A DNA stretch of 60,856 nt, counting the filler, from Hausera hauseri (Eukaryota), in NCBI GenBank assembly GCA_046269625.1. It is 10 parts of 10 records of this genome, joined end to end, with 100 filler letters (N's around TTAATTAATTAA, not from the genome) between each part and the next. Parts side by side here need not be neighbours in the genome. Positions count along the whole stretch, not along the records: positions 1 to 8,533 come from JBJURY010612110.1; positions 8,634 to 17,445 come from JBJURY010529899.1; 8 more parts are not named here. One strand, 5' to 3'. Shown here piece by piece: positions 1-14,623 of this stretch (its first letter is position 1; each line of letters starts with the position of its first letter). The position numbers were made by a program, and so were the translations under genes. The notes below the pieces were generated by a model, which worked only from the letters and a program-made list of their open reading frames with translations, made no database searches and had not been told where the DNA came from.

Positions 1-3000
1 AGAACGAAAGAACTAATGAAAGAAAGAAAGAAAGAACGAAAGTACGAACGAACGAACGAATGAATCAACGGTTGCACAAACGAACGAATGATCGAACGAA
101 GGAACGAGGGAACGAACGACAGAACAAAGGAATGTACGAAAAAACGAATGAATAAAAAAAAAGTAGAACGAGCGTACAAAAGAAAGAACGAATAAATCAA
201 CGGTTGCACGAACGAACGAATGATCGAACGAAAGAAGGAAAGAACGAACGAACGAAAGAACAAAAGAACGAAAGAACGAATGAACGAAAGAAAGAAAGAA
301 ACAAAGAACGAACGTACGAACAAAAGAACGAATGAATCAAGGGTTGCACGAACGAACGAATGATCGAACGAAAGAACGAAAGAACGGATAAAAGAAAAAA
401 AAATGAATAAAAGTACGAACAAACGAAAGAATGAATCAACGGTTGCACAAACGAACGAATGATCGAACGAGAAAACAAACGAGCGAACAAAGGAAGAAAC
501 GAATGAACGAAAGAACGAATGAAAGAAAGAAAGAAAAAACGAAAGTACGAACGAACGAATGAATGAATCAAGGGTTGCACGAACAAACGAACGATCGAAA
601 GAAAGAACAAAAGAACGAAAGAACTAATGAAAGAAGAAAAGAAAGAACGAAAGTACGAACGAACCAACGAATGAATCAACGGTTGCACGATCGAACAAAT
701 GATCAAACGAAAAAAGGAACAACGAACGAAGGAAAGAACGACAGAACGAAAGAACGAATGAACGAAAGATAGAAAGATCGAAAGTACGAACGAAAGAACG
801 AATGATTCAACGGTTGCACGAACGAACGAATGATCGAACAAACGAACGAACGAACGAACGACAAAACAAACGAATGTACGAAAGAACGAATGAATGAAAG
901 AAAAAAAGAACGAACGTACGAACGAAAGAACGAATGAATTAACGGTTGCACGAACGAACGAATGATCGAACGATGGAACAAACAAACAAACGAAGGAACA
1001 AACGAATGAACGAAAGAACGAATGAACAAAAGAAAAAAAAACGAACGTACGAACGAAAGAAAGGATGAATCAAAGGTTGCACGAACGAACGAAAGAACGA
1101 AGGAACGAAGGAAAGAACGAATGAATGACCGAACGGACGAACGAGAGAACGAAAGAAAGAACGAAAGAAAAAAGAAAGGAACGAAGGAACGAATGATAGA
1201 ACGAAGGAAGGAACGAACGAACGAAAGATCGCACGAAAGTACGAGTGAACAAATGAACGCACGAACGAACGAATAAACGGACGAAGGAGCGAAAGATCGA
1301 AAGAAAGAAGGAACGACGAACGAACGAAAGGACGAAAGATTCAACGGTTGCACGCACAAACGAATGATCGAACGGAAGAAGGAAAGAACGAACGATAGAA
1401 AGAACGAAAGAACAAAAGAACAAATAAATGAAAGAAAAAAAGAAGAAAAGTACGAACGGAAGAACAAATGAATCAACAATTGCACGAACGAACGAATGAT
1501 CGAACGATGGAACGAACGAACGAACGAACGAACGAACAAAGGAACGAAGAAAAGAACGAAGGAATGACCGAACGGACGAACGAGAGAACGAAAGAAAAAA
1601 CGAAAGAAGGAAGAAAGGAACGAACAAACGAATGATCGAACGAAGGAACGAACGAACGAAAAAACGAACGAAGGAACGAAGAAAAGAACGAAGAAATGAC
1701 CGAACGGACGAACGAGAGAACGAAAGAAAGAACGAAAGAATGAAGAAAGGAACGAAGGAACGAATGAAGAACAAAGGAACGAACGAACAAAGGAACGAAC
1801 GAACGAACGAACGAACGAACAAAGGAATAAAGAAATGAACGAAAGAACGAATGAACGAAAGAAAGAAAGAACAAACATAGGAACGAACGAACGAATGAAC
1901 TAACGGTTTCAAGAACGAACGAATAATAGAACAAAAGCACGAACGAACAAAAGAACGAAAGAAGGAATGAAAAAAAGAAAGAAAGAAAGAACGTACAAAC
2001 GAACGAACGAATGAATCAGTGGTTGCACGAACGAATGAATGATCGAACGATGGAACGAACGAACGAACAAAGAAACAAACGAATGAACGAAAGAACAAAT
2101 GAAGGAAAGAAAGAAAAAACGAACGTACGAACGAAGGAACGAAGGATTCAACGGTTGCACGAACGAACAAATGATCGAACGAAGGAAAGAACGAACAAAG
2201 GAGCAAACAAATGAACGAAAGAAAGAAAGAATTTACGTTCGAACAAACGAACGAAAGAACCAACGGTTGCACGAAAGAACGAAAAATCGAACGAAGGAAC
2301 GAACGAACGAACGAACGAACGAAGGAACAAACGAATGAACAACAGAACGAAAGAACGAAAGAAAGAAAGATCGAGCGTACAAACGAAAGAACGAATGCAT
2401 CAACGGTTGCACGAAAAAACGAATGATCGAACGAAGGAACGAACGAATGAACGAAAGAAAGAAAGAACGAATGTTCAAAAAAAAGAACGAATGAATTAAC
2501 AATTGCACGAACGAACAAATGATTAAACGAAAAAACGAAAAAAAGAACGAACGAAAGAACGAACAAAGGAAAGAAAGAATGAATAAAAGAAAGAAAGAAC
2601 GAACGAACGAAAGAACGAACAATCGAAAGAAAGAATGAACGAAAGTTCGAACGAACGAACGAATGAATTAACGGTTGCACGAACGAACAAATAATGAACG
2701 AAGGAACGAACCAACAAACGAACGAAGGAACAAACGAATGAACGAAGGAAAGAACGAAAGAACGAAGGAACGAACGACGGAACCAAAGACCGAACGAAGG
2801 AACAAAAGAACAAATAAACGAACAAATGAAAAAACGAAGGACCGAACGAAAAAACGAACGAAAAAAAGAAAGACCGAACGCACGAACGATCGAACAAATA
2901 AATCAACGGTTGCACGAACGAACAAATGATCGAACGAAGAAAAGAACGAACGAACGAAGGAACGAACGAACAAACGAAAAAACGAACGGAGAAAAGAACG

Positions 3001-6000
3001 AAAGAACCAAGGAACGGTCGAAGGAACTAAGGAAGGAAGGAACGAACGAAAGATCGCACGAACGTACGAGTGAACGAATGAACGCACGAACGAAGGAATA
3101 AACGGACGAAGGAGCGAAAGATCGAACGAAAGAAGGAACGACGAACGAACGAATCAAGGAAAGCAGGAACGAACCAATAATCGAACGAAAGGACGAAGGA
3201 AAGAACGAAAGAGCACAAGAACTAACGAAAAACCGAAAGAAGGAGCGACGAACGAACGAATCAACGAAAGCACGAACGAACGAATAATCGAACGAAAGAA
3301 CGAAGGAAAGAACGAAGGAACCAAAGACCGAACGAAGGAACGAACGAACAAATAAACGAACGAATGAAGGAACGAAGGAAGGAAGGAACGAACGAACGAA
3401 AGAACGAAGGAACGAAAGAATGAAGGAACGAACGAACGAACGGAAGATCAAAAATCGAACGAAGGAACGCTCGAACGAACGAGTGAACAAACGCACGAAC
3501 AAAAGAATGAACGAAAGAAAGAAAGAAAGAACAAACGAACGAAGGAAGGAACGAACAGAACAACGACCAAACAAACGTATGAACGAACGAAAGAACGAAC
3601 GCACGACCGAACAAATGATCAAAAGAAAGAACGAAGGAACGAACGAAAGAAGGAAGGAATGACCGAACGGACGAACGAGAGATCGATGGAAAAAACGTAT
3701 CAACGAAGGAAGGAAGGAAAGAGCGAACGAAAGAACGAAGGAAAGAACAAAAGAACGAAGGATTGACCGAACGAACGAAGGATTGACCAAACGGACGAAC
3801 AAAGGAACGAACGAAAAAACGAAGGAACGAACGAACGAACGAACGAACGAAGGATCGCACGAACGTACGAGTGAACGAATGAACGCACGAACGATAGAAT
3901 AAACGCACGAACGAACGAAAGATCGAAAGAAAGAACGAAGGATCGAACGAAAGAACGAAAAAATGACCGAACGGACAAACGAGAGAATGAAGGAAAGAAC
4001 GTAGCAACAAAGGAAGGAAGGAACAAACGAACGAAAGAACGAAGGAACGAACGAAAGAACAAAAAATTGACCTAACGGACAAACGAGAGAACGAAAGAAA
4101 GAACGAAGGAAGAAAGGAAAAAACGAAGGAAAAAACGAAAGAACGAAGGAACAAACGAAGGAACGAAGGAATGAACAAACGAACAAAGGATCGCACGAAC
4201 GAACGAACGAACGAAGGATCGCACGAATGTACGAGTGAACGAATGAACGCACGAACGATCGAATAAACGGACGAACGAGCGAAAGATCGAACGAAAGAAG
4301 GAATGACGAACGACCGAATTAACAAAAGCACGAACGAACGAATAATCGAACGAAAGAACGAAGGAAAAAAAGGAAGAACAAAGGAATGACCGAACGGTCA
4401 AACGAGAGAAAGAAAAAAAGAACGTACAAATGAAGGAACGAAGGAACGAAGAAACGAAAGAACGAAGGTATAAACGAACGAATGAACGAACAAACGAACA
4501 AACGAAAGAACGAAGGAACGAACGAACAAACGAAAGATCAAAAAACGAACGAAGGAACGCACGAACGAACGAGTGAACAAACGCACGAAGGAAAGAATGA
4601 ACGAAAGAAAGAACGAAAGAACGAACGAAAAAACGAACGAACGAGCGAACAAAAGAACGAGGGAACAAAGCAACGATCAAACGAACGAAAGAACGAAAAA
4701 CGAACGAAAGAAAGCACGAACGAACGAGTGAACAAACGCACAAAGGAAAGAATGAGCGAAAGAAAGAACGAAAGAACGAACGAACAAAGGAAAAAACGAA
4801 CGAAAGAACGAAGGATCGCACGGATGTACGAGTGAACGAATGAACGCACGAACGAATGAATAAACGGATGAACGAGCGAAAGATCGAACAAAAGAAGGAA
4901 CGACGAACGAGCGAATCAAAGAAAGCACGAACGAACGACTAATCGAACAAAAGAACAAAGGAAAGAACGGAAGAACGAAGGAATGACCGAACAAAGGAAC
5001 GAACGAACGAACGGACGAAAGAACGAAGGAACGAAAACACAAAGGAACGAACGAAAGATGAAAAAACGAACGAAGTAACGCAAAAACGAACGAGTGAACA
5101 AACGCACGAAGAAAAGAATGAACGAAAGGAAGAACGAACGAACGAAGGAAGGAACGAACGGAAGAACGACCGAACAAACGTATGAACGAACGAAAGAATG
5201 AACGCACGAACGAACGAATGATCAAAAGAAAAAACAAAGGACCGAACGAAAGAACGAAGAAACGAAGGGAAGAACAAAGGAATAACCGAACGGACGAACT
5301 AAAGAACAAAAGAAAGAAAGAGCGAAGGAAGGAAAGAACGAAGGAACGAACGAAAGAAGAAACGAACGAACAAAGGAACGAAGGATCGCACGGATGTACG
5401 AGTGAACAAATGAACGCACGAACCAACGAATAAACGGAAGAACGAGCGAAAGATCGAACAAAAGAAGGAACGACGAACGAGCGAATCAAAGAAAGCACGA
5501 ACGAACGAATAATCGAACGAAAGAACAAAGGAAAGAACGGAAGAACGAAGGAATGACCGAACGAAGGAACGAAAGAACGAACGGACGAAAGAACGAAGGA
5601 ACGGAAAAACGAACGAAAGAACGAAAAACGAACGAAAGAACGCACGAACGAACGAGTGAACAAACGCACAAAGGAAAGAATGAACGAAAGAAAGAACGAA
5701 AAAACGAACGAACAAAGGAAGGAACAAACGGAAGAACGACCGAACGAACGTATGAACGAACGAAAGAACGAACGCAAGAACGAACGAATGATCGAAAGAA
5801 AGAACAAAGGAACGAAGGAAAGAACAAAGGATTAACCGAACGGACGAACTAAAGAACAAAAAAAAGAAAGAGCGAAGGAAGGAAAGAACGAAGGAACGAA
5901 CGAAAGAAGAAACGAACGAACGAAGGAACGAAGGATCGCACGGATGTACGAGTGAACGAATTAACGCACGAACAAACGAATAAACGGAAGAACGAGCGAA

Positions 6001-8362
6001 AGATCGAACGAAAGAAGGAACGCACGAAAGAACGAATGATTGAAAAAAAAAGCGAAGGAAGGAAAGAACGAAGGAACGAACGAAAGAACAAACAAACGAA
6101 CAAAAGAACGAAGGATTGCACGGATGTACAAGTGAACGAATGAACGCACAAACAAACGAATAAACGGATAAACGAGCGAAAGATCGAAAGAAGGAAAGAC
6201 GAACGAGCGAATCAAAGAAAGCACGAACGAACGAATAATCGAACGAAAGAACCAAGGAAAGAACGGAAGAACGAAGGAAAGACCGAACAAAGGAACGAAC
6301 GAACGAACGGACGAAAGAACGAAGGAACGCACGAACGAATGAGTGAACAAACGCACGAAGGAAAGAATGAACGAAAGAAAAAACGAAAGAACGAACGAAC
6401 GAAGGAAGGAACGAACGGAACAACGACCGAACGAACGTATGAACGAACGAAAGAACGAACGCACGAACGAACGAATGATTGAAAGAAAAAACGAAGGACC
6501 GAACAAAAGAACGAAGAAACGAAGGGAAGAACGAAGGATTGACTGATCGACAAATTAGAAAACAAAAAAAAGAACGAGCGAAGGAAGGAAAGAATGAAGA
6601 AACGAACGAAAGAACAAACAAACGAACGAAAGAACGAAGGAATAAACAACCGAACAAAAGACCGAACGAAGGAACGAACAAACAAATAAAGGAACAAATG
6701 AACGAACGAAGGAACGAACGAACGAGCGAACGGAAGAACGAAGGAACGAACGAACAAACAAAAGAACGAAAGAATATAAAACGAACGAAGGAACGCACGA
6801 ACGAACGAGTGAACAAACGCACGAAGGAAAAAATGAACGAAAGAAAGAACGACCGAACGAACGCATGAACGAGCGAATGATCGAAAGAAAGAACGAAGAA
6901 ACGAACGAAAGAAAGAATGAAGAAACGAAAGAAAGAACGACCGAACAAAGGTACGAAGGAACGAAAGAACGAACGAACGCACGAACGAACGAATGTACGA
7001 ATGAACAAGTGAAGGAAAGCACGAACGAACGAGTGAAGGAAAGAAAGAAGAAAAAATCAAAGGAACGAACGAATGAACGGGCGAACGAACGAAAGAACGA
7101 ATGCAGGAACGAAAGAATGATCGAACGAAAGAAGAAACGAACGAACGAACGAATAATCGAACGCAAAACGAAAGAACGAAAGAAGAACCGAAGGAGCGAA
7201 CCAATGAACAAACTAACGAAAGAACGATGGAACGAAGAAACTGACGAGGGAACGAAAGAACGACGAACGAACGAATGAACAAATAAACGAACGAGTGAAC
7301 GAAGGCAAGAACAAACGAATGAAAAAAAGAAAGAAAGAAAGAACGAACGAACGATCCAACGAACGGAAGAAAGAACGAATGAACGTACGAACGAAGGAAA
7401 AAACGAACGCAGAAACAAACGAGTGAATGAAGTCATGAACGAAGGAATGAAGTAAAGTAAAAAGAAAAGAACGAGCAAACGATCGAACAAACGGAAGAAC
7501 GACCGAATGAACGTACGAACGAACAAAAGAACGAATGCAGGACCGAACAAATGATCGAACGAAAGAAAGTTGGAACAAACAAACGAACAAACGAACGAAC
7601 GAACGAACGAACGAACGAACAAACGAACGAACGAACGAACGAGAAAACGAGAGAACGAATGAGCAAACGCACAAAGGAACGAATGAACAAACGAAACAAC
7701 GAAGGAGCGAACGAACGAACAAACGAACGAACGCAGGAACGAAGGAAAAAACGAACGAATGAAGGAACAAACGAACGAGCGACCCAAAAACAAACGAACA
7801 AAAGAACGAAGGAACGAAGGAACGGACGAGCGAACGAAAGAACGAGGAACGAACGAACGAATGAAAGAACAAACGAGTGAACAAAGGCACAAACGAAAGA
7901 ATGAAGGAAAGAAAGAAGGAAAAAACGAAAGAACAATCGAACGAACGACCAAATGAACGTACGAACGAACGCAGGAACGAAGGAAAGAACGAACGAATGA
8001 ACGAAAGAAAGAATGAAGGAGCCAACGAAGGTACGAACGAGCGAACGAAAGAATGCGAACACAAAAACGAACAAGTAAACGAAGGCACGAACGAACGAAT
8101 GAAGTAAAAAAAGAAGGAAAGAACGAATGAACGATCGAATGAACGGACGAAAAACCGAATGAACGTACGAACGAAGAAAAGAACAAATGCAGGACCGAAT
8201 GAATGATCGAACGAAAGAACGAAGGAACGAACGAACGAATGAACGAACAAACGAGAGAACGAATGAGCGAACGCACAAGCGAACGAATGAACGAACGAAA
8301 GAAAGAAGGTGTCAACGAAAAAAACGAACGACCGAACGCAGGAACGAAGGAAAAAACGAACG
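1..8362. repeat. Degenerate (GAAC/GAAA/GAAG)n tetranucleotide satellite with higher-order units
   Basis: Continuous GAAC-type 4-mers with very little T on the + strand. The landmark ATCAACGGTTGCACGAACG recurs mostly every ~110-170 bp up to ~2.9 kb; a second landmark (GATCGCACG...TACGAGTGAAC) dominates afterwards. Confidence 0.97.
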
Positions 8363-8533
8363 ATCCAACATCGACGGGAGAAATGATATACAGGAAAAAT
8401 TATACGGATGATTAATATTGGTGTACTGCTCTACTCGTTTTGGATGTGTAGATACAAATTTTGAGAGTATTGAATACATGAAACATAAATCATCATTATA
8501 GTTCTGTACATTAATGCATGCCTTTTTATCTTC

Positions 8534-8633
8534 NNNNNNNNNNNNNNNNNNNNNNNNNNNNNNNNNNNNNNNNNNNNTTAATTAATTAANNNNNNNNNNN
8601 NNNNNNNNNNNNNNNNNNNNNNNNNNNNNNNNN
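8534..8633. other. Artificial contig spacer N44-TTAATTAATTAA-N44 (also at 17446, 21996, 28027, 32248, 37798, 44056, 49900, 56780)
   Basis: Nine identical 100-bp blocks whose core gives stop codons in all six frames. Confidence 0.99.
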
Positions 8634-8878
8634 GATGCGCCTTCCGTGTCCCATCATTTCTATGTGCCACACATTACCGTGCACCACTTCCTTCTTACAT
8701 CCGCTTTTTTCGTGCACTTCCCCTGCTTCCGGGGTGCACCGTGCATCGTGCACGGTGTGTTTTTTGACATCTACGTCGTCGAATCTATCCATCCGTGCGG
8801 GTGTGCGCATCAAGCACGCTTCGGATTGGCTGCATGGGGGGCCCGGGGGCGAGCCAGGACCGGCATTTTTCTACTACT
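8634..8878 (-). mobile_element. Polinton/Maverick-type terminal inverted repeat (end at 8878, body to the left)
   Basis: The minus strand from 8878 reads AGTAGTAGAAAAATGCCGG...CCCCCGGG...GCCAAT. It is GC-rich with repeated GTGCAC and has the same layout as the termini at 21880 and 28639. Confidence 0.65.
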
Positions 8879-8889
8879 ATGTAGTACAA

Positions 8890-9270
8890 CTAAACCCGAG
8901 TCTCCAATAATGATAAAGTCGGATCACCACACAAACCACACGCATTAACCAATTCAGCAGGAGAATGAACGAGTCTAACGGAATTAGTTACATTCCAATG
9001 TTGCTTGAAGCAAATCCGATCCGCTGAATGCCACGTTGGAATGTTATCACCAATCTGATCACATTTGACAAAATCATCCACAAACCGTTTTTGACGTGGA
9101 TTCTCATCCAACGCATAGTAATCCGCCAGTTTCTGATAAGTGCGAAAAATCCGGCCGAATATCATGTCCATGTCACCAACATCCTGCTTCGAATGCCAAA
9201 TATAAGGTTCTCGTGCCCTCCAATTCTCCTCAGCACGCAAAAGTATCTCTTCGGGAGAACAGTATCGCAC
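8890..9270 (-). CDS. Orphan ORF (126 aa), divergent from pPolB copy 1, possible Polinton-like accessory gene
   Basis: ORF with globular-looking composition and a C-terminal CGLCG; no family recognised. Confidence 0.35.
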   Translation of the reverse strand: MRYCSPEEILLRAEENWRAREPYIWHSKQDVGDMDMIFGRIFRTYQKLADYYALDENPRQKRFVDDFVKCDQIGDNIPTWHSADRICFKQHWNVTNSVRLVHSPAELVNACGLCGDPTLSLLETRV

Positions 9271-10242
9271 ATCATGTAAAGGTCGATCAAGATTGTAAAA
9301 GTGACTCCAGAGACCGTCGAAGGAGTGATATAAACGAATAAGTTCTGATAAATGAGATATGTCGTAATGTCATGCCGTAACGAAGCACAAGTTTTTATAC
9401 TGAAATGCAACAATAAAGATGCGCGAAATAAATTATACTGATTCACGAAAACAAATGCAACAAAATATGTACAAATGTGATTAAATACGGTCAATCAACT
9501 TTTTCATTACAACACAAAGCGAAGCAGAATATAAAAGTCCAATGAGGAATTTAACCCGCTGTCGTTGTTGCCGTTTTCGTCACATTTCATCCTCAATACG
9601 TGTTACGAAGAGAAATCTGACTATCAATTCAATATATTCTCGCCTTCTCCGTATTCTCGTTTCTGTGATTTCACATAAATTGAACATCAGACACATGTCC
9701 AGTCATTATGTCATCGATCAACTTCTGGGCTACACTTTCAATGTACTGTTCAATTTGATCCGTAGTAATATTATTAATTGTAGTAGTAGTGCTGTGATGT
9801 TTATAGCTGCATAAACTAAACATGTTGTAGTCTATCAATGAAGAAAACAAGCTACTCTTTTATTTAACAGATGGGGAAATATTACAGCTTTGGAAGAAAG
9901 GACACATATTTGTGTCCAACGTGTAATATTCCAACCAACTGTCCGTACCCCGATTTTTATGAAATGCGCAAGCATCATCTTGGCCCCTTTACACAGTCTA
10001 AGAAGATGATGAATGTGCATTGCCCCGAATACCCACAGTAATGTAATATTACAACAGTGCATGACGTTGATAATTGCCATAGTAGAATGGAGCAGTAATA
10101 TAGCGTCACAGCGGTGCAAGGTAAACGGGTCTATGTTGGTCCTTGTTGTTCTATAGTTGAAGCACAAATCAACTATGAACAATTTTATAAGTAGCACAAG
10201 GACCACTTGAACCAATTGCAGCGGTCCAAAAAGCAAGTAGTA

Positions 10243-13240
10243 ATGGACGCAACAAACAGCAGCAGCAGCAGCATTCTTGCAACATGCAGGAAACGTCAAG
10301 AATCTACGATTCTTGAAGAATACATACAAAACAACAAACAGCAACATCACTATTAGCAGCATCAATAACAACATCAACAGCAGGAGCAACAACAATAACA
10401 GGAACCTGACATTCCTATTACTGTCAAGTACGATCTAAACAAATCGTACGTGGATATAAAAGTTGACATGACGTCACAAATGTCAGTACAGTTAAAGAAT
10501 GTACCGTCCGGTGTACGCAACCGGTTGAAATTAGAAGTGAAGAAATTCCAACACATCCACCACCACCACCACTGCAAAGTGCAGTATTATACACTGGCTG
10601 AATTTGGAAATTTGGAAAGTAACAAGAAGCAATGGTACCTGTCACATCCAGCCGAACCGTATTCGACGATTTTATTGCAGATATAGGCGAAATGCTCGAC
10701 GAACAAATCACCAACTATACCGAAAAAGATAATGGCTGGCGAATTATAAAAATTGTCACTCTCATGTGTCATGATATATTTGTCTGGACGATCATTCATA
10801 CCGACACCTGCAGCTCTGAAGCACTCTTATGCGGTATTGAATGTAAAAAATACCGACGGCGAATATTGTTTTATTTACAGTATTCTGGCCGTATTAAAAT
10901 ATGACCAAGTGGATAGACAGTGCTTGTCGTCCAAATCAGTATCGGCGGTATTTTTCCGAATTTGACTTTGATGAAAACTGGATGCCGATGAAACTGAAAA
11001 CCATTCCGACGTTTGAATGACGTAACCGTGTTCTGGTACAATGCAATCGTAGAAATACCGGCAGAGGAAGACATTTACAAGAACCACCATGTGGACATAA
11101 TCTATAGAAGTCGGAACCCGAGTGAACACCCAATAAATTTGTTGCTAATAGAGCAGAAGGAGAGGGAAAATTCCATTACGTGGCCGTGACAAATTTGGAC
11201 AGACAGTTGAACATGTTACATGTCCAGTTCATCAAAAAGCGTATACGGTGTAAATGGTGCACCGTATGACTGCATGGATTCAGATCGGAAACAACATGGG
11301 AGAAACATGTGACATTATGCAGACAAAATTTCTCGGAAACAACAATGTACGTCATGCCAGTCAAAAAGGAGATGCAATTCATTGACTCGTCAAATTCAAA
11401 CAGTCCGGCATACGTGGTATATGCAGATATTGAAGCCGTTCTACCACGGCACAATGTATACGATCAAAACCACGTTCCAATCGCTGTCGGTATGTTGGTA
11501 GTCCCAATAAAAGCCACCGGTCAACTGCAATATTACGTTTCCCATGGGTGGAACTGTTATCCGTGATTTCCTGCATCAGTTGGAAACAATAGTAGAAACG
11601 GAAGTCGCACCCTGGTGTCACAATGGTGCGGTAACACAGAAGAAGAGTATCACAAGGTAGAGTCGTTTTGGGCAGAGCTCGACGGCAGACACCTGTTGGA
11701 GTACATGCTTCACTATATGAAATTGGATGTGTACTTATTAACCGTTGTATTTCAGACATTTCGAGCTAAAGCGTTGGCAGAAGATAGGCTGGAGCCACTC
11801 AACTTTTACTCAATACACGGAATGAGTTGGGCATCAGCTCTGATGTCACTGGATTGGGTTATCGAGCTATTGAAAGACCCGGAAATGTACAAAATGTTTG
11901 ATGTTGGTATTCGTGGCGGCATGACATTTGTCAACAAGCACCATGTTAGTGCTGCTGCTGCTACCAGTGATTATATCACATCACTATTGCATATCGACAT
12001 TAATAACCTGTACGGCTGGGCGCTTTTACAACCCTTGCCATACGGTTCATTCGAATGTATAGTAGACAAGCAACATCTGGATGCAATAATAGACAATCTG
12101 CCGAGAGCAGACACAACAGAAAACAGTTGAATCGGATATCTGATGGAAGTCGATCTCGTGGTATCAGAGGAGCTGCAGAACTTTCTGGATGAACTGCCGG
12201 TCGAACTAATCAGCCAATGTCTGCCGGGCTCGAAGGAGAAGAAGCTGTTTATGACGCATGAACCTAATCAAAATTACATATTTCATTGGCGTCTGCTGCA
12301 ATTTTACATGCAGCTCGGTGTATGCATCGCATAATTACATAGCGAAATCCGATTCGCAGACTCCGATATTAAAGCCGTATATCGGTCGGAATTCGGAAAA
12401 ACGAGCTGCAGCTTATACGAAGTTTGCAAAAGGCTATTACAAACTGAAAAATAATTATATAGGGAAAAACAGTAGAGAATCTGAAAAAGCGGCTCAATGT
12501 ACAATAGCGAAAAGAGGTTGGTCATGTACACCAACAAAGCGCAGTTCAGGCGGTTAATACACATTGCCGATGGATTGGTTGCCGTGTTTTTAAACAGGGA
12601 AGAGGTCGTACTGGATCGGCCAAGTTATATAGGACAAGTGGTATTTGATCTGAGAAAATTTCGGATGTATGTGCTGCAGTGTGGCGATTTGGTACAATAC
12701 CGGCAAATGTTCGACGGATGCAAGACCAATATAATTGCCAGTGACACAAATAGTTTTTTCTTGAAACTGAAAAACGTCAATCGCAAACAACTGCTGCGGC
12801 AAATGTTGGCAGACGGATTACTGGACACGTCCAATTACCCACATAATCATCCATTGTATAACAACGCCATCAAAAACAAAATAGGCTGTTTCAAGCATGA
12901 AAGTGAAGGTCGGGTTCAAAATCGGGAATGGGTATTTCTACGGCCAAAATGTAACAGCCTTTTAACCTACTATGGACCGAAAATGAGCACAAAAGGAGTT
13001 CAGTTGGCCCAGACGGAAATAAACCACTGTGATTATCGCCGTATCTATGAAGGAGGAGCAGAAGATGGTGGAACAGAAAAACAATCAAAGGCTGTTGTGT
13101 CTGAAACGATCATCCGATCGATTGAACACCAGCTGCATACGGTGACCAATGCTAAAGTCGCTTTATAATGCATTAATGATAAGCGAAAGTCGGTGGGCCA
13201 AATAAGAGTTGGGAGCATGGGCATTGGCGTTTGGCATAAA
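10243..13240 (+). pseudogene. Protein-primed DNA polymerase B (Polinton/adintovirus type), copy 1, frameshifted and internally deleted
   Basis: GRSFIPTP...VLNVKNTDGEYCFIYSIL, ExoI VYADIEA, GIRGG, motif A DINNLYGWAL, motif B YYKLKNN, motif C SDTNS, LLDTSNYP, IGCFKHE, FLRPK, C-terminal NDKR. Confidence 0.93.
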
Positions 13241-14162
13241 ACACATGAATTCGGTGCTGACGATGCAGACAGATCTAAGTGACACATTTACTGTGACAAT
13301 TCATTGTGATCTGTGTTTTGTACAAATAATGTATATTGTTCTTTGTTTTTGCCTTTTGTTTTATATTCATTCAATTCATGTCTATATATTTATATATTTA
13401 CCTAAATGTGACGAGAAACAATATGGAAAACAAAATCATTAAAATTTATTAATCATATGCCAAAATCAAAAACAAAGTCAAATCAGCGTCGACTTTCCCA
13501 GCTTCAATATTGGAGATTTAATGCCGTACAGATCCTTGTATCCTTTCAACTTCAATGTTAGATAAACTTTAGCTCCTTCCGGAGGCAAAACGGCCGCTGC
13601 TGCTGCTGCTGTCACTGCCATGCGAACTGACAATTTTTGTCATATTTCCTTTGAGAAAAATCGACGATGTATCTCGGATATCGCTACTGAACACCAAATC
13701 ACTGCCAACGTTTGCAATTGTCTTCCATTGTATCAAGATCATCGTCGTTGATCTTTTTCACCAATAGTCCATATTTCACCGGTTTGATTTTGACCGGTTT
13801 GAGTCAATGGCAATTGAATAGCGTTGCGCAGATAATGGTAGTTGTATCCATTATACAACTGGAAATTTCTGAGCGAATATTTGCTGTACCTTGACTTTTT
13901 TGAGAGACTCGCGGAACTATCACCTGAATTGTTTTCCAAAGACATTTTTTAAAGACAAACGTGAAATGAAATTGCATCCATATTTGTATCAAATTTGTTC
14001 ATTTTCATTTTGTTCGTTTTCATTGTAAGCAATAAACATTTACCTTGTGAGAATTGTCTCATATCACAATGATACATTTTGCCTCATCACAATGATACTT
14101 ACTAGTTAAAATTACTTCCACGTCACTGAAGCCAATGACACTGTGTAGTTCCGTTATTGAAG

Positions 14163-14623
14163 TCATTCGTAATAAATGTGTACAATTTCCATTATATCAC
14201 ATTTACATTCTGGATATTTGGGTTACTTTGGGACACATTTGACAAACGAGATGGCCGCACATTAGGAATACCGCATCCACTTTTCTTTGTTTACATAGTA
14301 CACACAAACTGATAATCTCGTACTTTGTCCATTATTTTCTCTTTCAAGTTCTTTAATTCACTGCGTACATTTTCAATAGTATTAAAGTAATTTGTATCAT
14401 ACAATCGGTGAATGTACATTTGATATAACACAATAATTAGATTTTCTATAGAGCTGCAATCTGTTGTTGTTGTTGTTGTCAACGCTAAATCTTCTTTAAA
14501 TCCAAAATAACCTGTTGTTCTTCCAACCAAATCACTATCAAGTACTTGCCACCATAGTACCAAGTCTGAAATTGATAATCCATAAAAATATTGCAATTGC
14601 TTCAATTAACCAACTATTTCCAT
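14163..14623 (-). pseudogene. IAP-type C3HC4 RING finger protein (coiled coil + RING), frameshifted
   Basis: ORF 14291-14605 continues through frameshifts as LCVLCKQRKVDAVFLMCGHLVCQMCPKVT-KYPECKCDIMEIVHIYYE* (manual translation of 14163-14308). Confidence 0.75.

Noticed and set aside
60-2935. Regularly spaced conserved motif resembling a CRISPR array
   Set aside because: The intervening sequence is the same GAAC repeat rather than unique spacers; there are no cas genes and the context is eukaryotic.
197-8415. Dozens of long RSFV/ERTN-rich ORFs
   Set aside because: They are translation artefacts of the GAAC satellite, which rarely forms stop codons.
8578-8589. Recurrent TTAATTAATTAA palindrome
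   Set aside because: It is an artificial six-frame-stop linker inside N gaps, so adjacency across it has no biological meaning.
9835-10395. 186-aa Leu-rich minus-strand ORF
   Set aside because: It is largely the antisense of CAA/CAG-rich low-complexity sequence at the pPolB N-terminus.
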